Assembly (NCBI GenBank): GCA_963736115.1
Contig: CAVTNR010000012.1
Location: forward strand, 96,001 to 160,000
Length of the DNA: 64,000 bases
DNA from: an uncultured bacterium
Lineage (GTDB): Bacteria; Zhuqueibacterota; QNDG01; DTFT01
Direction: 5' to 3'
Made by a program: the position numbers and the translations under genes. Shown piece after piece: positions 60,646 to 64,000 of this stretch (position 1 is the stretch's first letter; the number at the start of each line of letters is the position of its first letter). Below the pieces are notes generated by a model. It had not been told where the DNA came from. It searched no databases and saw only the letters and a program-made list of their open reading frames with translations.

Positions 60646-61920
60646 TCACTCCGGCGACGGCACGAAAAGCAGCGGCGCATTGAGCCGCTCCACCGTGCGG
60701 CCGAGCCAGGTGTTGAACGCGCCGAGCGTTCGGATGCCGTCCAACTCCTGCTCCCAGCAGCCCGCCAGATAATAGGTCAGCTCCCCGTCTTTGGGCTTGA
60801 GCACGACGACATGGCTGTGCTTGTCCTCCGCCATCTGAATCCGGTCGCCGTTGCGGAAGAATACGGCCAGGCCCAGGCTGTCGCCGGCCAGGCTCTGCCT
60901 GCCCCAGGTCGCCAGATACGACCATCCCCCTTCGGACGGCCCGTTGAGGACGATGGTGCTGTCCATCCGCACGATGCCGGTGCACAGGTTCGGGGGATTC
61001 CCGTCCATCGTAATCGCGTGTTTTGTCAGACGCTCCCCGGCCGCGATGGACAGATCCGACGTCAGCCGGTACTTCTTTCCGCCGATTTTCCAGCCGCTGT
61101 ACAGGGTCCGGATGGAGGATGAAACCGGGCCGTTCGAGGTGATCTCGCAGAACACGCTGTCCGTGACCGCGACGCGTTCCGCTTTCCCGTTCAGCCACAT
61201 GCCGAGGGATCCGAGTCCCAGGGATTCCCCGACTTTCAGCACGTCCTGTCCCCAGCCGGCCATGGCATGATAGGACTCAAAGCCGTCCTGTCCCACATCC
61301 TGAAGGACCATGTCCGGGGTTTTCTTGCCGAACAGATCGATCGCATTCCGCCAGTCCAGATAGAACCGGTACCCGACGCGGTCCGATTCCCAGCCCGGGC
61401 CCTCGTAGCGGATGAAAAAAGAATGGTCGGTATGCTCCTGCGGCACGCTTAGGAAACGGACGTTCTCGAACACCCCGCCCTCGTACACGCGTTTCACGAA
61501 ACGGCCGCCGGTTTTCCTGGACAGTTCAGCCTGGGTCCGTTTGGGATAAGGCCGGTTTTTCACGCCGTCCGCCGCAAAACGGATGACGAATGCCCGCGCC
61601 TCGCCCGCCTTGAAATCGGACAGGAAGAAGAAGCGATCGGTGTGGCCGTCGCCGTTCTCGTCCACGGCCTGGCTGGCCAGCTCCCGTCCGCGGTACAGGA
61701 CAACGGCCGCATCCGGGTTGAACAGCGCGACCGATCCGGGAAGGTCCGCCGGGCTCAAGGACACGATCTCGTCCTTCCGGTCGAATGGGGCCATATTCCG
61801 TACCGTCATGCCGAATGAGAGCGGGTATTCGTTTTGAATCTGTTTCAAGCCTTCGTTGACGCCGCAGGCGCAGATCAAAGCCAGCAGGGCGGCGGTCAGG
61901 AATCCTTTCCGGAATTGCAT
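60646..61920 (-). CDS. DUF4861-like lipoprotein (pectin-locus associated)
   Basis: Lipobox ICAC; GPGWESDRVGYRFY, IDLFGK, YH..WGQDVLKVGESLGLG. Confidence 0.75.
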   Translation of the reverse strand: MQFRKGFLTAALLALICACGVNEGLKQIQNEYPLSFGMTVRNMAPFDRKDEIVSLSPADLPGSVALFNPDAAVVLYRGRELASQAVDENGDGHTDRFFFLSDFKAGEARAFVIRFAADGVKNRPYPKRTQAELSRKTGGRFVKRVYEGGVFENVRFLSVPQEHTDHSFFIRYEGPGWESDRVGYRFYLDWRNAIDLFGKKTPDMVLQDVGQDGFESYHAMAGWGQDVLKVGESLGLGSLGMWLNGKAERVAVTDSVFCEITSNGPVSSSIRTLYSGWKIGGKKYRLTSDLSIAAGERLTKHAITMDGNPPNLCTGIVRMDSTIVLNGPSEGGWSYLATWGRQSLAGDSLGLAVFFRNGDRIQMAEDKHSHVVVLKPKDGELTYYLAGCWEQELDGIRTLGAFNTWLGRTVERLNAPLLFVPSPE

Positions 61921-62001
61921 GGGTTCTCTCCTTCCGATATCCGATTCGAAATGCAGGTTAACGTAATTTACGATGAAATCCGGAAATAAAAAAAGGAAAC
62001 A

Positions 62002-62174
62002 GTAGCCCATGGCTTTAGTAACCCATGGCTTCAGCCATGGGTTAACGGATATTGAATATCTCACCGTAAACCGATTTATCGGTTTCCTGTATAAGGGGAA
62101 ACCGTTGAAACGGTTTTGTGGATGGTTATTTTATTCGTTCGCCACCCTCCCCCACGACTGAAGTCGTGGGCTAC
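62002..62174. repeat. GTAG-type REP doublet (REPIN-like)
   Basis: GTAGCCCATGGC.. and AACCCATGGCTTCAGCCATGGGTT at the left end, CCCACGACTGAAGTCGTGGGCTAC inverted at the right end, with internal palindromes AAACCGATTTATCGGTTT and AAACCGTTGAAACGGTTT. Confidence 0.7.
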
Positions 62175-62235
62175 CCAGGTCTTGGGCTACCCAGGCCCCG
62201 TGGGCCACCGAGTCGCGGGCAGTCAAGGTCGCGGA

Positions 62236-63561
62236 TTACCGGGGCGGCGGGAGCCTGAACGTCCGCCCGACGGATCGTTCGGCCACCGAGGCCGTTGATC
62301 CGATTAAAGCGCCGTTCTCTACCGTCCATTCGCCAGACGCGTCCCTGAGCCGCAACCCCGAAGCCGATCGGAACGTCAGCCGGCCGGTGTCATTGTACCG
62401 CTGAACGACGATCTCGAAACGCTCATCGGCCCGATTCCGGAGAACCGGCCTGCCCCGAACCGTCATCCGGTCGTCGAATGTCAGGATCAGGGAATCACCG
62501 GAAACGGTCGCGGCCGTCACCTGAACCGGACGGACGGACTCGGGGTCCCACCGTCCGCCGAAAGTCCATGCCGGCGTGACATCTTCGGGCCGGGGTCCGC
62601 CTGCTGCGAAGCCGAGATTGTCCTTCATCCAGGGGAATAGGCCACCGTCTCTGATGCAGGCATGAAAATATACGCGGTCTCCGAAATCGTCCGGATTGTT
62701 CCTGGCGGGGTCGTCATAAACCACCCGGACCACAGGCCGGTCCGCCAGGTTCGTCGTGAGGAACTGCATTTGATCAGGATAGAACTGGGCGTCATAATGC
62801 CGACGGCCCAGAGTAAAAACCGGAGACGCCGTCGAACTCCGAATCCTTGATCACGAGCTTCTGTTCCGGATCCCATGAACCCGCATGCCAGACCGCGGCC
62901 GTCCGCTTCACCTCGAAAAACCGTGAATCGCGTATGAAGCACCAGCCCCTGGGGCAGACCATGTCCACTGCTCCACGGAATTCACAGCGGGCGTGGTAGT
63001 ACAGCCCCTCCTTGTAATTCCACAGCGCCACCGTGTCCCCGCCGCGGCTCAGCAGGCGGCAGTCCGTGAGAAGGGTCCGGGTCCCGCTTCCCATGACCGC
63101 GAATGCGTGCACGGAAGTATCCGGCTGGCTGTTCTCCACCGTGAGCCGGTCGAGAATCACATCATCACCGTTTATGTTCACGACCGCGGGCCCGATCCAG
63201 TCCTTGTTCGCCTCCCAGGCGGGTCTGGGCCGGCTGGACCGGATGACAACTCCGTCCCTGCTTTCGCCGCGCAGATGTGATGTAATTGCGGTCGATGCGC
63301 AGGCTTTCTTCGTACACGCCGTTCCGCAGGAAAATGACCACCCGGCCGTATGATAACATGGGAAGCGCCTCGAGCGCGGCCGTGATGGTCCGGAAATCGC
63401 CCGCGCCACCGTGATCCACGATCAGATCGGCTGTTCCCGAAGAATCCGGACAGGATTCCGGGGAATCCGGACCCGGCCGCAAACCCGTTGAAAGCCAGAA
63501 TCAGCGCCAGGAAAAGGATTCCCGTGGACACGTGCCGGACGGTAACCGCGTGCCCCTGCAT
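62236..63561 (-). pseudogene. Pectin methylesterase (CE8), broken by three or more frameshifts (decay or read errors)
   Basis: Consecutive fragments in different frames: signal peptide; GDFRTI.AA..NGVYEE; LRGESR..GGDTV..GAVDMV; LGRRH..LADRP..TFGGRWDP. Confidence 0.75.
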
Positions 63562-63746
63562 CGCGTCCCGTCCGTTTTACGACGACCCGGACACGACTCC
63601 GGGCCGGTTCGAATGGCGATCGAACCGACCCGGAGCGTTCAGAGGAAAGAGTGTTGGGAGAGGAAATCAATTGTTTTCGCTTTACATGTCCGCCGCCGGA
63701 ACCGGCCGGCCGGACGAAGGCGCCCTTCGCCCTGTGTTTCATCCGG

Positions 63747-64000
63747 TCATTGCTTTTTTCCGTTGATGGTCACGCCGATCAGCTCCAGGCCGGCGACATG
63801 CGCCAGCCGGTTGCCGTTCCGCACGCCGTCGAAATCGCAGTCCTGGATGCGGATATCGGACACGGGCGACCGCTCATACCCTTCCAGCAGAAGGGCGTAA
63901 TTGCTTTTCCGGCTGGACACGCGGCGGACGTCGATGTCGCGGACCACTGGCGTGTGCGGCCCCGCGTCGCCCTCCTCGTAATGAAAATACACCCAGATCA
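63747..64000 (-). CDS. C-terminus of a probable GH28 polygalacturonase (partial)
   Basis: YEEGDAG..PVVRDI..GY..SPVSDIRI.DC.F..VTING, upstream of the CE8 gene. Confidence 0.7.
   Translation of the reverse strand, partial: IWVYFHYEEGDAGPHTPVVRDIDVRRVSSRKSNYALLLEGYERSPVSDIRIQDCDFDGVRNGNRLAHVAGLELIGVTINGKKQ

Overview
A GC-rich bacterial chromosome segment. The T9SS-type C-terminal domains, PorV-like barrels and TonB-dependent receptors without SusD point to an FCB-superphylum organism such as candidate division KSB1 (inference). It has four parts. (1) 1-11.2 kb: assorted minus-strand genes, including a gingipain-family C25 protease missing from the ORF track, a GH30 and an AraC regulator. (2) 11.2-18.3 kb: an AT-rich integron-type cassette array with 5 near-complete and 2 remnant attC sites, an attI-like site and a RelE/ParE toxin-antitoxin cassette. 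It has no integrase. A small uncharacterised gene lies beside attI and the cassettes look more degraded further from attI. (3) 18.6-50 kb: a probable xylan-utilisation locus without SusD. It contains two paralogous four-gene modules (TonB-dependent receptor, secreted protein with a distinct CTD, PorV-like barrel, IPT/beta-propeller lipoprotein) that share an apparently identical 1438-bp block covering the CTD, porV and the lipoprotein signal peptide. These modules are divergent from GH2, two GH10, a GH51-like gene, two propeller sensor kinases and a single-domain receiver. (4) 50-64 kb: nitroreductase, a putative glycoside hydrolase, a PlpD-type patatin, an MFS/XRE pair, a triple M23-like lipoprotein and the end of a pectin cluster. 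Several single-base frameshifts may be sequencing errors. All family calls come from motif recognition by eye, not database searches.
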